Shown here: positions 41,248 through 51,310 of the stretch, piece by piece
Layout: each line of letters opens with the position of its first letter
Numbering within the stretch: position 1 is the stretch's first letter
DNA from: an uncultured Pelagibacteraceae bacterium
GTDB taxonomy: Bacteria > Pseudomonadota > Alphaproteobacteria > Pelagibacterales > Pelagibacteraceae
Direction: 5' to 3'
Length of the DNA: 64,000 nt
NCBI GenBank assembly: GCA_902570425.1
Contig: CACFYB010000003.1
Coordinates: forward strand, 82,134 to 146,133
Made by a program: the position numbers and the translations under genes
The notes under the pieces: generated by a model
Database searches by the model: none
Told to the model about the DNA's origin: nothing
The model's input: the letters and a program-made list of their open reading frames with translations, nothing else

Positions 41248-41900
41248 TAATAATTAATTTTTCTCTCTATAATTTTTTTTATTTTTAAAAAACAGGCTCT
41301 TTTAGATAAATTTGTGGTGTTTATCAATACTGAATCTTTAGTTTTCTTTAATGGTGAAATCTTTCTATTATAGTCACTTTTGTCACGATTTTTAATACTT
41401 TTAAGCACTTCTTCATAAGTAACCTTTTTATTTAATGTTTTGAGCTCTTTAAATCTTCGTAAGGCTCTTGTTTTTGTGTTAGCAGTTATAAATAATTTTA
41501 TATCTGCATCAGGTATTATTACTGAGCAAATATCCCTTCCATCCAAACAAGAACCATTATATTTTTTTGGAGGTGAATATGCACACTTTTTTTGGAAAGA
41601 GTAAACTAATTTTCTAATTTTTTTTTCTTTTGCTATTTGTGAAGCAACAATAGCAACATTATTTGATAATAAATTTTTATTTTCTAAATCTTTAATTTTT
41701 AAAGTAGCTATTTTTTTTTTTAAAAATTTATAACTATAATTTGATTTATTACTAATCTTTAAATTTGCAATAAACCTATAACATTTACCTGTATCTAAAT
41801 GCATTAAATTAAAATACCTAGATATCATTTTAGCTTGTGTTCCAGCCCCAGCTGCTGCTGGAGAATCAATAGCTATTTTTAATTTTTTCTTAATTTTCAT
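41247..41900 (-). CDS. cmk: Cytidylate kinase (atypical P-loop)
   Basis: IAIDSPAAAGAGT, LDTG--YR, DGRDI, RDKSD-NR-ISPL; aroA-cmk-rpsA order. Confidence 0.92.
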   Translation of the reverse strand: MKIKKKLKIAIDSPAAAGAGTQAKMISRYFNLMHLDTGKCYRFIANLKISNKSNYSYKFLKKKIATLKIKDLENKNLLSNNVAIVASQIAKEKKIRKLVYSFQKKCAYSPPKKYNGSCLDGRDICSVIIPDADIKLFITANTKTRALRRFKELKTLNKKVTYEEVLKSIKNRDKSDYNRKISPLKKTKDSVLINTTNLSKRACFLKIKKIIERKINY

Positions 41901-43212
41901 TGATTGATTTTATAATTTTGAAAAAATTTGGAAAAGAAGTTTTAATAGAATCTTTGTCATGTATTTTCCAATTTCCACCAAAACAATAGGCTGCTATAAC
42001 GCTTGTCATAAAAACTCTGTGATCTTTTAAAAAATTTTTTATTTCAATTTTCTTATTAACAATCATACCTGGATTGCCATGTATTTTTATTGAGCTATTT
42101 GTCAATTTAACTTTAACTCCCATATTTCTTAAAATTTTTGCACCCCATTTTAATCTCGGACTCTCTTTTAGATTAAGCTCACTTAAATCTTTAAAATAAG
42201 ATATTCCTTTTGCACGTGCTGCTACAAGGAAAATTAATAAAAATTCATCTATGGTCCCACTATTTAGATTAGAGGGACAATTAATAGCTTTTAAATTTTC
42301 TGAGCTTTTAATAAAAATATCTGCAATTAATTCCCCTTTATATTTTTTTTTATTTTTTAAAATTATAGAAACACCCATTTTTTTTAGTATTTTAATTATT
42401 CCAATTCTCGTGGGATTAATATTTATATTTTTAATTTCTAATTTTGAATTTTTTGATAATGCCGTGAGCACAATAAAGAAAGCTGCTGAACTTATATCAG
42501 AAGGTATTAGATAATTTAATGCTTTTATTTTTTTTACTTTTCTTATTTTTATAAAATCATAATTTTTAGATTTATTTATTTTGATTGGTAATTTCAAATA
42601 TTTGCACAAAAGTTCTGTATGATTTCTAGATTTTTTTGCCTTAATTAGAGTTTCACCATCAGCTCGCATCGCTGCAAATATAACACCACTCTTAACTTGC
42701 GCAGATCCTTTATTTTCATTGAAGTAAATTGGCCTTAAATTTTTGGAACCACAGATAATTAAAGGTAAAGTTTTATTTTTGTAAAGAGTAAATTTAGCAC
42801 CAAATTTTTTTAGGGGTTCAGCAATTCTTTTAAAGTCTCTCTTAGACAAACTATTATCTCCAATAAGCTTAATAGGAAAAGGTGAGTTTATAAATAATCC
42901 TAAAATAAGTCTTCCAAGTGTTCCTGAATTTTTTGCATTCACCACTAAATTCTTTTTATATCTATATCCATTAATACCTTTGCCATAAATTTCACAATTA
43001 TTTTTGTTATTATTTACTTTAATTCCTAATTTTTTAATAGCGTCTATTGCAGCTAAAACATCTTCAGATAAGAGAAGATTTTTTGCTTTTGATGTTCCGG
43101 TTGCTATTGATGAAAATAAAACCCATCTAATGCTTAGACTTTTATCTCCTGGTATAAAAATTTTTTTATTAAAATTTTCTATTTTTTTTTTAACAATTAT
43201 TGCATTTGTCAT
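41890..43212 (-). CDS. aroA: EPSP synthase
   Basis: PGDKSLS-R, NSGT--RL, SAQVKS, IDE, KES-R, DHR, SFP. Confidence 0.93.
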   Translation of the reverse strand: MTNAIIVKKKIENFNKKIFIPGDKSLSIRWVLFSSIATGTSKAKNLLLSEDVLAAIDAIKKLGIKVNNNKNNCEIYGKGINGYRYKKNLVVNAKNSGTLGRLILGLFINSPFPIKLIGDNSLSKRDFKRIAEPLKKFGAKFTLYKNKTLPLIICGSKNLRPIYFNENKGSAQVKSGVIFAAMRADGETLIKAKKSRNHTELLCKYLKLPIKINKSKNYDFIKIRKVKKIKALNYLIPSDISSAAFFIVLTALSKNSKLEIKNININPTRIGIIKILKKMGVSIILKNKKKYKGELIADIFIKSSENLKAINCPSNLNSGTIDEFLLIFLVAARAKGISYFKDLSELNLKESPRLKWGAKILRNMGVKVKLTNSSIKIHGNPGMIVNKKIEIKNFLKDHRVFMTSVIAAYCFGGNWKIHDKDSIKTSFPNFFKIIKSINEN

Positions 43213-43217
43213 TTCGA

Positions 43218-43994
43218 CTAATTGAATTTAAAACTTTCACCAAAATAGGCATTTTTGGCATTTATATTTTTTACAAGATTTGATGGTGTATCTTGTGCAA
43301 TAATTTTACAATTACTTAATATCATGGCAGAGTCAACGACAGCTAATAAGTCCCTCGCTTGGTGATCACATATACAAATTGTTATTTTATTTTCTTGTTG
43401 CAAGTTTACTATAATTTCTTGTAACATTTTTATTGTAAGCACGTCTAAAGCAGCAAAACATTCATCTAAAAGCAAAACTTTAGGTTCACTTAAAAGTGCC
43501 AATGCAATTACACATTTTTTCTTTTGACCACCTGATAAAAATTTTGCTTTAATATTTTTAACATTTTCAAGTTCAAACTTTGCAAGTAAATAATCAATTC
43601 TTTCCTGTCTAAGATTCTTGTTATCGATAACTATTTCACTAATTGCTTTTAAGTTATCTAATAAAGTGAGATCATGAAAATAACCTCCATATTGCGGAAC
43701 ATATCCAACTTTAAATTTTTTAGTTCTTAAATATATTGGATAATTGGTTACGTCCTCACCATTAATTTTAATTGTACCATGCTTAGGGTTTATTAGACCA
43801 GTAATTAGATTAAATATTGTTGATTTACCAACACCATTAGGACCTAACATCCCGAATATTTGTCCTTCATTTATTTTGAAATTTATATTGTCTAGAATTA
43901 ATCTATTTCCATAAGATAGTGAAATATTTTTAAATTCAATAATAGAGTTAATTTTTTTAAATGATTTTATTCTAAATTTTTTTATTAGAGCCAT
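43218..43994 (-). CDS. lptB: LPS export ABC ATPase
   Basis: GPNGVGKST, LSGGQ, LLDE, DH, AYFGESF; kdsD-lptC context. Confidence 0.88.
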   Translation of the reverse strand: MALIKKFRIKSFKKINSIIEFKNISLSYGNRLILDNINFKINEGQIFGMLGPNGVGKSTIFNLITGLINPKHGTIKINGEDVTNYPIYLRTKKFKVGYVPQYGGYFHDLTLLDNLKAISEIVIDNKNLRQERIDYLLAKFELENVKNIKAKFLSGGQKKKCVIALALLSEPKVLLLDECFAALDVLTIKMLQEIIVNLQQENKITICICDHQARDLLAVVDSAMILSNCKIIAQDTPSNLVKNINAKNAYFGESFKFN

Positions 43995-43995
43995 A

Positions 43996-44565
43996 TCATT
44001 CCTTGCTTTTAATATTAACTTGTTTTTCGGATTCGTGCATAAAAATTTTTGTATCTTTAGTCTCTATGTTTACTTCAATTACATCAGCTTTCAAAATATT
44101 TTCTAAATTTGTGTAAACTACTTCTTTTGAAACTATCATTGATTCTCTATCAAAAGAGAAATCAAGATACTCTCCAGTAATTTTGTTATATTGATAATTG
44201 ATTATTACATTTTTTGAGAAAATTGTATCATAATTAGTTATATTATATTTTCCATAATCAGAGGTTATTTCTATATTTTCAGAATCAATTAAATCTATTA
44301 AAGCTATTACATCTGTAAGGTATATTAAATCACTATTAGCTAGGTCAATTTCACCTTGATATGCATTAATTGTATACTTATTTCCTTTTGCATCCTCTGA
44401 AACATAGCTGACATTTTTGATAATATTTGAACTAAAGCTTTTTTCTTCAGTTGTATTCTCTATAATTTTTAATGAAGTTTTTTTTTGACTAAAATTGATA
44501 AAAGAAATTAATACAATAATAACTAGTAATATTAGAATTATTACTATAGTAGCTTTTTTTTTCAT
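43996..44565 (-). CDS. lptC: LPS export protein LptC-like
   Basis: N-terminal TM plus beta-rich periplasmic domain, between kdsD and lptB. Confidence 0.75.
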   Translation of the reverse strand: MKKKATIVIILILLVIIVLISFINFSQKKTSLKIIENTTEEKSFSSNIIKNVSYVSEDAKGNKYTINAYQGEIDLANSDLIYLTDVIALIDLIDSENIEITSDYGKYNITNYDTIFSKNVIINYQYNKITGEYLDFSFDRESMIVSKEVVYTNLENILKADVIEVNIETKDTKIFMHESEKQVNIKSKE

Positions 44566-45534
44566 TTAAGAAATATTTGATTTCAAAATATTATGTATGT
44601 GTAACACACCGATTGTTCTTAATTTATTTTTTTTTTCGTACACACATAATGAAGTTATTTTTTTAGTATTCATAATTGACAGGGCTTTTGCAGCTAATGC
44701 ATCTTTATCAATACCAATTGGATTTTTTGTCATAATTTCTTTTACTTTAGTATTGTGTAGATTATTTTTTTTTTGATTAAATCTTCTTATCTGTCCATCA
44801 GTAATAATCCCTTTAGTAATTTTTTTTTTATTTTGTATAATCAAAATACCAAGATTTTTTTTACTTAAAACTTTAAAAGCTTCTTTCATTCTCATATTTT
44901 CATTTACAAAAGGTATTTTTTTTCCTGTTAACATTATATCTTCAACTGTTTTCAGTTGTGCTCCAAGACTTCCTGCAGGATGTATTTCCTTAAAATCTGA
45001 TCTGTCAAATTTTTTCTGTCTCATTGCAGAAATTGCTAATGCATCTCCTAATGCCAATGTTACAGTTGTGCTTGAAGTTGGAACTATGCCAGCAGACTCA
45101 ATAACATTAGGTATTAACAATTTAATATCTGATGCTTTATATAAAATTGAATCTTTTTTAGAAACAATACCTATCAAAAAAATTTTATTTCTATTTGCAT
45201 ATTGAATTATATTTTTTAGCTCATTAGTCTGACCAGAATAACTTATCAAAATAAGAATATCTTTTTTTGAAATGCTGCCAAGATCACCATGAGAAGAGTC
45301 ACTTGCAGACAAATAAAAAGATGGAGTACCAACTGATGATAATGTTGCTGCAATTTTACTTGCAATTAATCCACTCTTACCAACTCCACATAAAATTACC
45401 TTCGACTGACACTTAACTATATGGTTGACTGCATTGTTAAATGAATTATTTAAATTTTTTTTTAATTTTTCTAAAGCCTTTATTTCTAAATCAATTACTT
45501 TTTTTGCAGTTTTAATAAAATTTTTTTTTTTCAT
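44566..45534 (-). CDS. kdsD: Arabinose-5-phosphate isomerase (SIS+CBS)
   Basis: GVGKSG, HGDLG, PTSST, GDALA, HPAGSLG, CBS pair. Confidence 0.95.
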   Translation of the reverse strand: MKKKNFIKTAKKVIDLEIKALEKLKKNLNNSFNNAVNHIVKCQSKVILCGVGKSGLIASKIAATLSSVGTPSFYLSASDSSHGDLGSISKKDILILISYSGQTNELKNIIQYANRNKIFLIGIVSKKDSILYKASDIKLLIPNVIESAGIVPTSSTTVTLALGDALAISAMRQKKFDRSDFKEIHPAGSLGAQLKTVEDIMLTGKKIPFVNENMRMKEAFKVLSKKNLGILIIQNKKKITKGIITDGQIRRFNQKKNNLHNTKVKEIMTKNPIGIDKDALAAKALSIMNTKKITSLCVYEKKNKLRTIGVLHIHNILKSNIS

Positions 45535-45538
45535 TTAT

Positions 45539-46150
45539 TCAATGGGACCATATATCATCTTTGAATAGAGCTAAATCAAGATCAACTCTAGTTTTTAAAA
45601 ATTTTAAACAATTTTTATATAGTTCAATTCTATTTTCACGTTCAAGTATTTTTTTTAATTCTTCATGAATTTTATGAAGATGAATTACATCGTTAGCACA
45701 ATATTTTAATTGAGAAGGTGTTAAGTTGCCACCAAAATCCGAACTTTGAAACTGTTTACTTATATCTATGTTAAGAAATTCTTTAATTAGCCCTTTAAGA
45801 GAATGATTGTCGCTATAAGATCTTGCAAGTTTTGACGCTATTTTTGTATCTAAAATATTATTTGTCTCAGTTTTTAAATAATATTTTATGTGTGCTAAAT
45901 CAGCTCTCCCATAATGAAATATTTTTACTGTATTTTCATCTTTAAGAATATTTACTAAATTGGGTGCTTTATATTTTGATCTATCCAATTGTATTATGTG
46001 TGCATCAGAATTACCTGAAGAAATTTGTATTAAACATAGAGGGTCACGTCTGACATTTAGGCCCATAAACTCACCATCAACCGCAATTACGTTGCCTAAT
46101 TTTAAATCATCTGGTAAATCATTTTTGTGAACATTAATATCTATACTCAT
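45539..46150 (-). CDS. rnd: RNase D-like 3'-5' exonuclease (short form)
   Basis: DGE-MGL, RDPLCLIQ, FHYGR-D, DTKIAS, Q-SD, YCANDV. Confidence 0.88.
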   Translation of the reverse strand: MSIDINVHKNDLPDDLKLGNVIAVDGEFMGLNVRRDPLCLIQISSGNSDAHIIQLDRSKYKAPNLVNILKDENTVKIFHYGRADLAHIKYYLKTETNNILDTKIASKLARSYSDNHSLKGLIKEFLNIDISKQFQSSDFGGNLTPSQLKYCANDVIHLHKIHEELKKILERENRIELYKNCLKFLKTRVDLDLALFKDDIWSH

Positions 46151-46166
46151 TTTTAAACATATATAT

Positions 46167-47138
46167 ATGAAAGCAAAAAATTGTCTAATTTTTGGTGGAA
46201 GCGGTCAAATTGGCAGGCATCTTATAAGAAAGCTAACTAAAAATAACTATAAAGTAACTGTTGTTACAAGGAATATTCACCAAAAAAGCTATATTATCAA
46301 AACCCAAGCTAATGCAGGCTATCTCAATATTGTTGAAGCAAGTATTTTTGATGAAGAAAAAATAAGAAAGCTTTTCGAAAAGACTGACATTTGTATAAAT
46401 TTAATTGGGATACTTTATGAAACTAGAGGCGGCAATAACTTCAAGAACCTGCACTCTATTTTCCCTTCTCTTTTGGCAAAATTGAGTAAAGAATACAAAT
46501 TGAATAAATTTGTTCATATATCAGCTTTGGGAATAAATGATGTAACAGACTCGAATTATGCAAAAAGTAAACTTGAGGGTGAGCAAAACATTCTTAAAAA
46601 CTTTACTCGCTCAATAATTTTAAGGCCATCAATTGTTTATTCAGTAGATGATAATTTTACAACAAATTTTATGACATTACTAAATAGATTGCCTTTTTTT
46701 CCTATATATTACTCTGGGAAAACAAAATTTAAACCAATTCATTGTTCAGACTTAACAGAAATAATTTTTAACTTAATAGAAAAAGATTTTGACATAAATA
46801 TAGTCGAATGTATAGGGCCTGAGACTATGACATTTAAAGAAATTATTGAAAAGTTACTTATACTTATAGATAAGAGAAGATTTTTAATTCCTTTACCTTT
46901 ATTTTTTGCTAATTTAACAGCAAAATTTTTCGAATTATTACCAAAACCTTTATTAACACAGGATCAATTGAGATTATTAAAATATGATAACATTCCATCA
47001 GGAAAGTATAAAACTAATTTTGATATTAGACTTCCTAGTAAAAAAAAATTCGATGATGAGGTTAAAAAATATTCTTATATGTGGAAAGAGGGCGGTCAAT
47101 ATTCAACAGAAAAATATAATTTAGACGGAAATAATTAA
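46167..47138 (+). CDS. Complex I NDUFA9-like NAD(P)-binding SDR
   Basis: GGSGQIGR, INLIGILYE, HISALG, YAKSK, LRPS, LLTQDQ. Confidence 0.88.
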   Translation: MKAKNCLIFGGSGQIGRHLIRKLTKNNYKVTVVTRNIHQKSYIIKTQANAGYLNIVEASIFDEEKIRKLFEKTDICINLIGILYETRGGNNFKNLHSIFPSLLAKLSKEYKLNKFVHISALGINDVTDSNYAKSKLEGEQNILKNFTRSIILRPSIVYSVDDNFTTNFMTLLNRLPFFPIYYSGKTKFKPIHCSDLTEIIFNLIEKDFDINIVECIGPETMTFKEIIEKLLILIDKRRFLIPLPLFFANLTAKFFELLPKPLLTQDQLRLLKYDNIPSGKYKTNFDIRLPSKKKFDDEVKKYSYMWKEGGQYSTEKYNLDGNN

Positions 47139-47144
47139 TTAAAA

Positions 47145-47648
47145 TTAAGCTGATTGAATTTTTTTTTCTATAAAATCTGGCACTTCATCTTTTTCTGAAA
47201 TTTCCTCTTTTTTATTTTTATTTTCTTTAGCCTGATAAGCATAAAGAATATGTAATTTACAATATGAAAAATCTTTTAAAGAACTTCGTCCACAAAAATA
47301 AAAAGACTCCTCATCTGGATGGCCAATTGGCCATTTGCATGAATTTTCATCTAACTCCTCAAGTTGCTTTGGATTTTCGGGTTCAAAATCTTTATCTATA
47401 ATAAGTGATTTAAATTTACTTCTTCTACCTCTTTTAGAGCTAGTATTTTTTTGACCTAGCGAATTCTCAAAAGTTTGATTAGAAGTAGCAGTTCGAGTTT
47501 TAATTTTTGCTGACAGATTTAATCTATGAGCCTTGCCGATTACAGCATTTCTACTTATTCCCCCTATTATTTCTGCAATTTGACTTGCTGTTTTTCCTTT
47601 ACCCCAAAGTTCTTTTAATTTTGTAACTTTTTCTTCTGTCCAACTCAT
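47145..47648 (-). CDS. gcrA: GcrA cell-cycle regulator
   Basis: MSWTEE..LW..G..ASQIA...SRNAVIGKAHRL; CKWPIGHP..FCG..YC..H; divergent from argD as in Caulobacter. Confidence 0.93.
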   Translation of the reverse strand: MSWTEEKVTKLKELWGKGKTASQIAEIIGGISRNAVIGKAHRLNLSAKIKTRTATSNQTFENSLGQKNTSSKRGRRSKFKSLIIDKDFEPENPKQLEELDENSCKWPIGHPDEESFYFCGRSSLKDFSYCKLHILYAYQAKENKNKKEEISEKDEVPDFIEKKIQSA

Positions 47649-47730
47649 ATTTTTCTATATATTGTTATTTTAATATATTAAAACACAATATAATGTTATT
47701 AAATTTTAATAAACAATAAATTTATATGAC

Positions 47731-47739
47731 TTATCAACA
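47731..47739. promoter_or_regulatory. Possible DnaA box upstream of gcrA
   Basis: TTATCAACA, one mismatch from TTATCCACA, 83 nt upstream of the gcrA start. Confidence 0.35.
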
Positions 47740-47833
47740 GAAATTTTAAAATTCAAAAAATTATAATTTTCAATCGTTGCTTGTATGTTCATATTTTAAT
47801 TTATAGAAGAAATAAAAAATTTTAAATTTAATA

Positions 47834-49000
47834 ATGAGTTATTTGGCTAAAAATTATAATAGAAAAAAAATTTCATTTAAATATGGGAGAGGAAGTTACC
47901 TTTTCTCTAGTAATGGAAAAAAATATCTAGACTTTGTAATGGGCATAAGTGTTAACTCCTTAGGTCATGCTCATCCAAAATTAATTAAAACTATTAATAA
48001 TCAATCTAAAAAACTTTGGCATATTTCAAATGCTTTCCAAATACCAGAAGGTGAGAGACTAGCAAAAAAGTTATGTCAGAAAACATTTGCTGATTATGTA
48101 ATGTTTCAAAATAGTGGTGCTGAGGCCACTGAAGCTGCTATAAAAGTTGCTAGAAGATATTTTTATTCTATAGGAAAGCCTAATAAAAACAGAATCCTTT
48201 GTATTAAAAATTCTTTTCATGGCAGAACATTAGCAGCAATTTTCGCGAGTGGGTCCAAAAAAATGACAGAAGGATTTGGACCCAAGATTTCGGGATTTGA
48301 TCATTTTAAATTTGGAGATCATAAATCTCTAAAAAAGAAAATTAATAAAAACACTGCAGCAATAATGGTTGAACCTATTATGGGAGAGGGAGGTATCAAA
48401 GAAATACCTGACTGGTGTTTAAAAGAATTAAGAAAATTGTGTAATAAAAAAAAAATACTATTAATTTTGGACGAAGTACAATGTGGAATTTCTAGATCTG
48501 GTGATTTTTTTGCATTTGAGAAATCAAAAATTAAACCAGATATTGTACCAATAGCAAAAGGAATTGGTGGTGGTTTTCCAATTGGAGCAGTTTTAATGAA
48601 TAAAAAGGTTGCTGTCGGAATGATCCCTGGCACCCATGGCTCAACTTTTGGAGGAAATCCACTTGCCATGGCTGTTGGAAATACTGTAATGGATATTGTC
48701 TCTAGTAAAAAGTTTTTAAAAAATGTTAAAAGTTTATCAAAATACTTTTTATTAAAACTTAATAATATAAAAGATCAATACCCAAATATTATTAAAGAAA
48801 TAAGAGGAAGAGGATTTTTGTTAGGCATTCAGCTTTATAAAGATCAATCAAAGTTCATAAAAAAATTAATGGATAATAGATTATTGACTATACGTGCAGC
48901 TGAAAATGTTGTTCGTATTTTACCCCCCTTAAATGTAAAAAAAAAAGAATTAGATAAGGCTTTGAAAATCATAAATAAAGTTTGTTCAGAACTAAAATAA
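47834..49000 (+). CDS. argD: Acetylornithine aminotransferase
   Basis: NSGAEATE, FHGRT, EPIMGEGG, DEVQ, AKGIGGGFP, HGSTFGGNP. Confidence 0.95.
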   Translation: MSYLAKNYNRKKISFKYGRGSYLFSSNGKKYLDFVMGISVNSLGHAHPKLIKTINNQSKKLWHISNAFQIPEGERLAKKLCQKTFADYVMFQNSGAEATEAAIKVARRYFYSIGKPNKNRILCIKNSFHGRTLAAIFASGSKKMTEGFGPKISGFDHFKFGDHKSLKKKINKNTAAIMVEPIMGEGGIKEIPDWCLKELRKLCNKKKILLILDEVQCGISRSGDFFAFEKSKIKPDIVPIAKGIGGGFPIGAVLMNKKVAVGMIPGTHGSTFGGNPLAMAVGNTVMDIVSSKKFLKNVKSLSKYFLLKLNNIKDQYPNIIKEIRGRGFLLGIQLYKDQSKFIKKLMDNRLLTIRAAENVVRILPPLNVKKKELDKALKIINKVCSELK

Positions 49001-49930
49001 ATGAAACATTTTATACATATAAAAGATATTCCATCTAACGATCTAAGAAAAATCATCACTGATGCTAAGAAAAGAAAGTTATTAAGAAAAAAATTGAATA
49101 CTCTTGAAATAGATAAAGGGGCGCCTTTAAAAGGGAAATTGTTAATTCAAATGTTTGAAAAATCTAGTTTAAGGACTAGATTAAGTTTTTATCTTGCAAT
49201 TAAACAACTTGGTGGGAGTACTTTGACACTTAGACCAGATGAACTTCATCTTTCAAAAGGAGCTGAAAGTATTGAGGATACGGCAAAAATTTTATCAAAT
49301 TTTGGAAATGCTTTTATGCTTAGAACAGATAGTGATAAAAAATTGGAAGAATTTAAAAAATTTCTAACTATTCCAATTATTAATGGTCTTAGCCCAAGCT
49401 CTCACGCAACACAAATTTTATCTGATGTTTTTACTATTGAAGAAATTAAAAAAAAACCAATATCAAGATTGAATATTGCATGGATAGGAGATTCTAATAA
49501 TGTTTTGAATAGTTTAATTGCAGCATCAATTAAATTTTCTTTTAAATTAAATATTGGTTGCCCTAAAAACTATCAACCTGATAAAAAAATTTTAAGCTAC
49601 ATTAATAAGAATAAAAACAAGATCTTTATATTTGATACTGCAATTAAAGCAGCAACAGGGGCAGATGTTATTTTCTCTGATAAGGTAATATCAATGAATG
49701 ACAAAGTTGATAAAATTCAAAAATTGAATCATTTTAAAAAATTTAAGATAGATAAAAAATTAATGGGGCATGCAAAGAAAGATTGCATATTTCTACATTG
49801 TTTACCTAGAGGGGGAGAAGTTGATGAAAAAGTTTTTGCTAGTAAGCAATCAAAAGTATGGCAACAAGCCATAAATAGAGTTCACGTACAAAAATCTATA
49901 CTTCTTTATTGTTTTGGAAAATTAAGGTAA
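49001..49930 (+). CDS. argF: Ornithine carbamoyltransferase (divergent)
   Basis: FEKSSLRTRLSF, INGL, H-TQ, WIGD-NNV, SM, HCLP, QA-NR; follows argD. Confidence 0.88.
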   Translation: MKHFIHIKDIPSNDLRKIITDAKKRKLLRKKLNTLEIDKGAPLKGKLLIQMFEKSSLRTRLSFYLAIKQLGGSTLTLRPDELHLSKGAESIEDTAKILSNFGNAFMLRTDSDKKLEEFKKFLTIPIINGLSPSSHATQILSDVFTIEEIKKKPISRLNIAWIGDSNNVLNSLIAASIKFSFKLNIGCPKNYQPDKKILSYINKNKNKIFIFDTAIKAATGADVIFSDKVISMNDKVDKIQKLNHFKKFKIDKKLMGHAKKDCIFLHCLPRGGEVDEKVFASKQSKVWQQAINRVHVQKSILLYCFGKLR

Positions 49931-50464
49931 AGGTAATGGATTATCTGAATTCTGATTTAAATACAAAATAACTGATGCTCTATCTTTTTCTTTTCTCAAT
50001 CCAGCAAAAGCCATCTTTGTTCCTTTGATCCATTTGGCTGGTTTTATTAAGTAGCCATTTAATTCTTCAAATGTCCAGGCTTTATCATATTCAGAAAGAG
50101 CTTTTGAATATTTGTAATCACTTACAGATCCTATCTGTCTACCAACAACATTATATAATGCAGGACCAATATTATTTTTTCCTCCTTTGACAATTGAGTG
50201 ACAAGCAGCACATTTTTTAAAAACTTTTTCTCCAACAGCTAGATCTCCCATTGCCATCAAAGCAGCCAAATCAACTTTTTCCTCCATTGTTTCCGAACTA
50301 GATTGCGCTGTTGTAACAATTGCTTGCTCTACATCGACTGCATAACCAGGAGTTTCAGGCTTTTCTACATGAAAAATAACATCAGATAGCTTACCTATAC
50401 CAATAATTAATAGTGCAACCATTAATATAGCCGCTACAATTTTGTTAATTTCAAAAGAATCCAT
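49922..50464 (-). CDS. cycM: Membrane-anchored cytochrome c (c2/cM family)
   Basis: N-terminal TM, CAACH, GPAL, GTKMAFAG. Confidence 0.92.
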   Translation of the reverse strand: MDSFEINKIVAAILMVALLIIGIGKLSDVIFHVEKPETPGYAVDVEQAIVTTAQSSSETMEEKVDLAALMAMGDLAVGEKVFKKCAACHSIVKGGKNNIGPALYNVVGRQIGSVSDYKYSKALSEYDKAWTFEELNGYLIKPAKWIKGTKMAFAGLRKEKDRASVILYLNQNSDNPLPLP

Positions 50465-50575
50465 TTTATAAAAATTTGTTTTGAACGTATAACATTATAA
50501 ATTAAAAATTGCTTATATATTTTAATGTACAATTTTGCCTCTGTTTAAAGCTTGGTAAAAAATTAAAAAAGACCA

Positions 50576-51310
50576 ATGAAAACTTTAGTTATAATTCCTT
50601 CAAGGCTATCAGCTACTAGGTTGCCAGGTAAACCTTTATTAAAAATTAATGGTTTATCCATAATATCTCACGTTTTTAGGAAAGCAGAAGAGGCCAATAT
50701 TGGAGAGGTAATAGTTGCAGCTGAAGATAAAGAAATAGTTATCGATGTTGAAAAAAATGGTGGCCGAGCAATTCTAACAAGCAACCAACACACAACTGGA
50801 ACAGATAGAATATATGAAGCTTTTCGAAAGCTAAACAGATCAGATGTAGAATTAATAATAAATCTCCAAGGGGATGAGCCCATGATTGATACAGGCGATA
50901 TTATAAGATTAAAAAAACAAATGCAAAACTCAAGATCTAATATAGGAACTTTAGCTTCAGTAATTAAAGATCATGATTTGTATAATAATGAAAATGTAGT
51001 AAAGGTCATTACTAAAGAGAGTTTAGGTGAATCAAATTTTCCAGAAGCATTAGATTTTAAAAGAAAAATTTCAAAAACTAATCAAAATATTTATCATCAT
51101 CTTGGTATTTATTGTTATGAGCCAGAAACACTTCAAAAGTTTGTTTCTTATAATCAGACAAAAAATGAGATTAAAAATAAACTTGAACAGTTAAGGGCAT
51201 TAGATAACAATATTGAAATTAAAGTTGCTTTATCTAAATCAACTCCAATTAGTGTAGATACAGAGGAAGATTTTGTAGCTATAAAAAAAATAATGGAATA
51301 TAAATCTTGA
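50576..51310 (+). CDS. kdsB: 3-deoxy-manno-octulosonate cytidylyltransferase
   Basis: IPSRL-ATRLPGKPL, GTDRI, QGDEP, HLGIY, LEQLR, VDT. Confidence 0.96.
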   Translation: MKTLVIIPSRLSATRLPGKPLLKINGLSIISHVFRKAEEANIGEVIVAAEDKEIVIDVEKNGGRAILTSNQHTTGTDRIYEAFRKLNRSDVELIINLQGDEPMIDTGDIIRLKKQMQNSRSNIGTLASVIKDHDLYNNENVVKVITKESLGESNFPEALDFKRKISKTNQNIYHHLGIYCYEPETLQKFVSYNQTKNEIKNKLEQLRALDNNIEIKVALSKSTPISVDTEEDFVAIKKIMEYKS

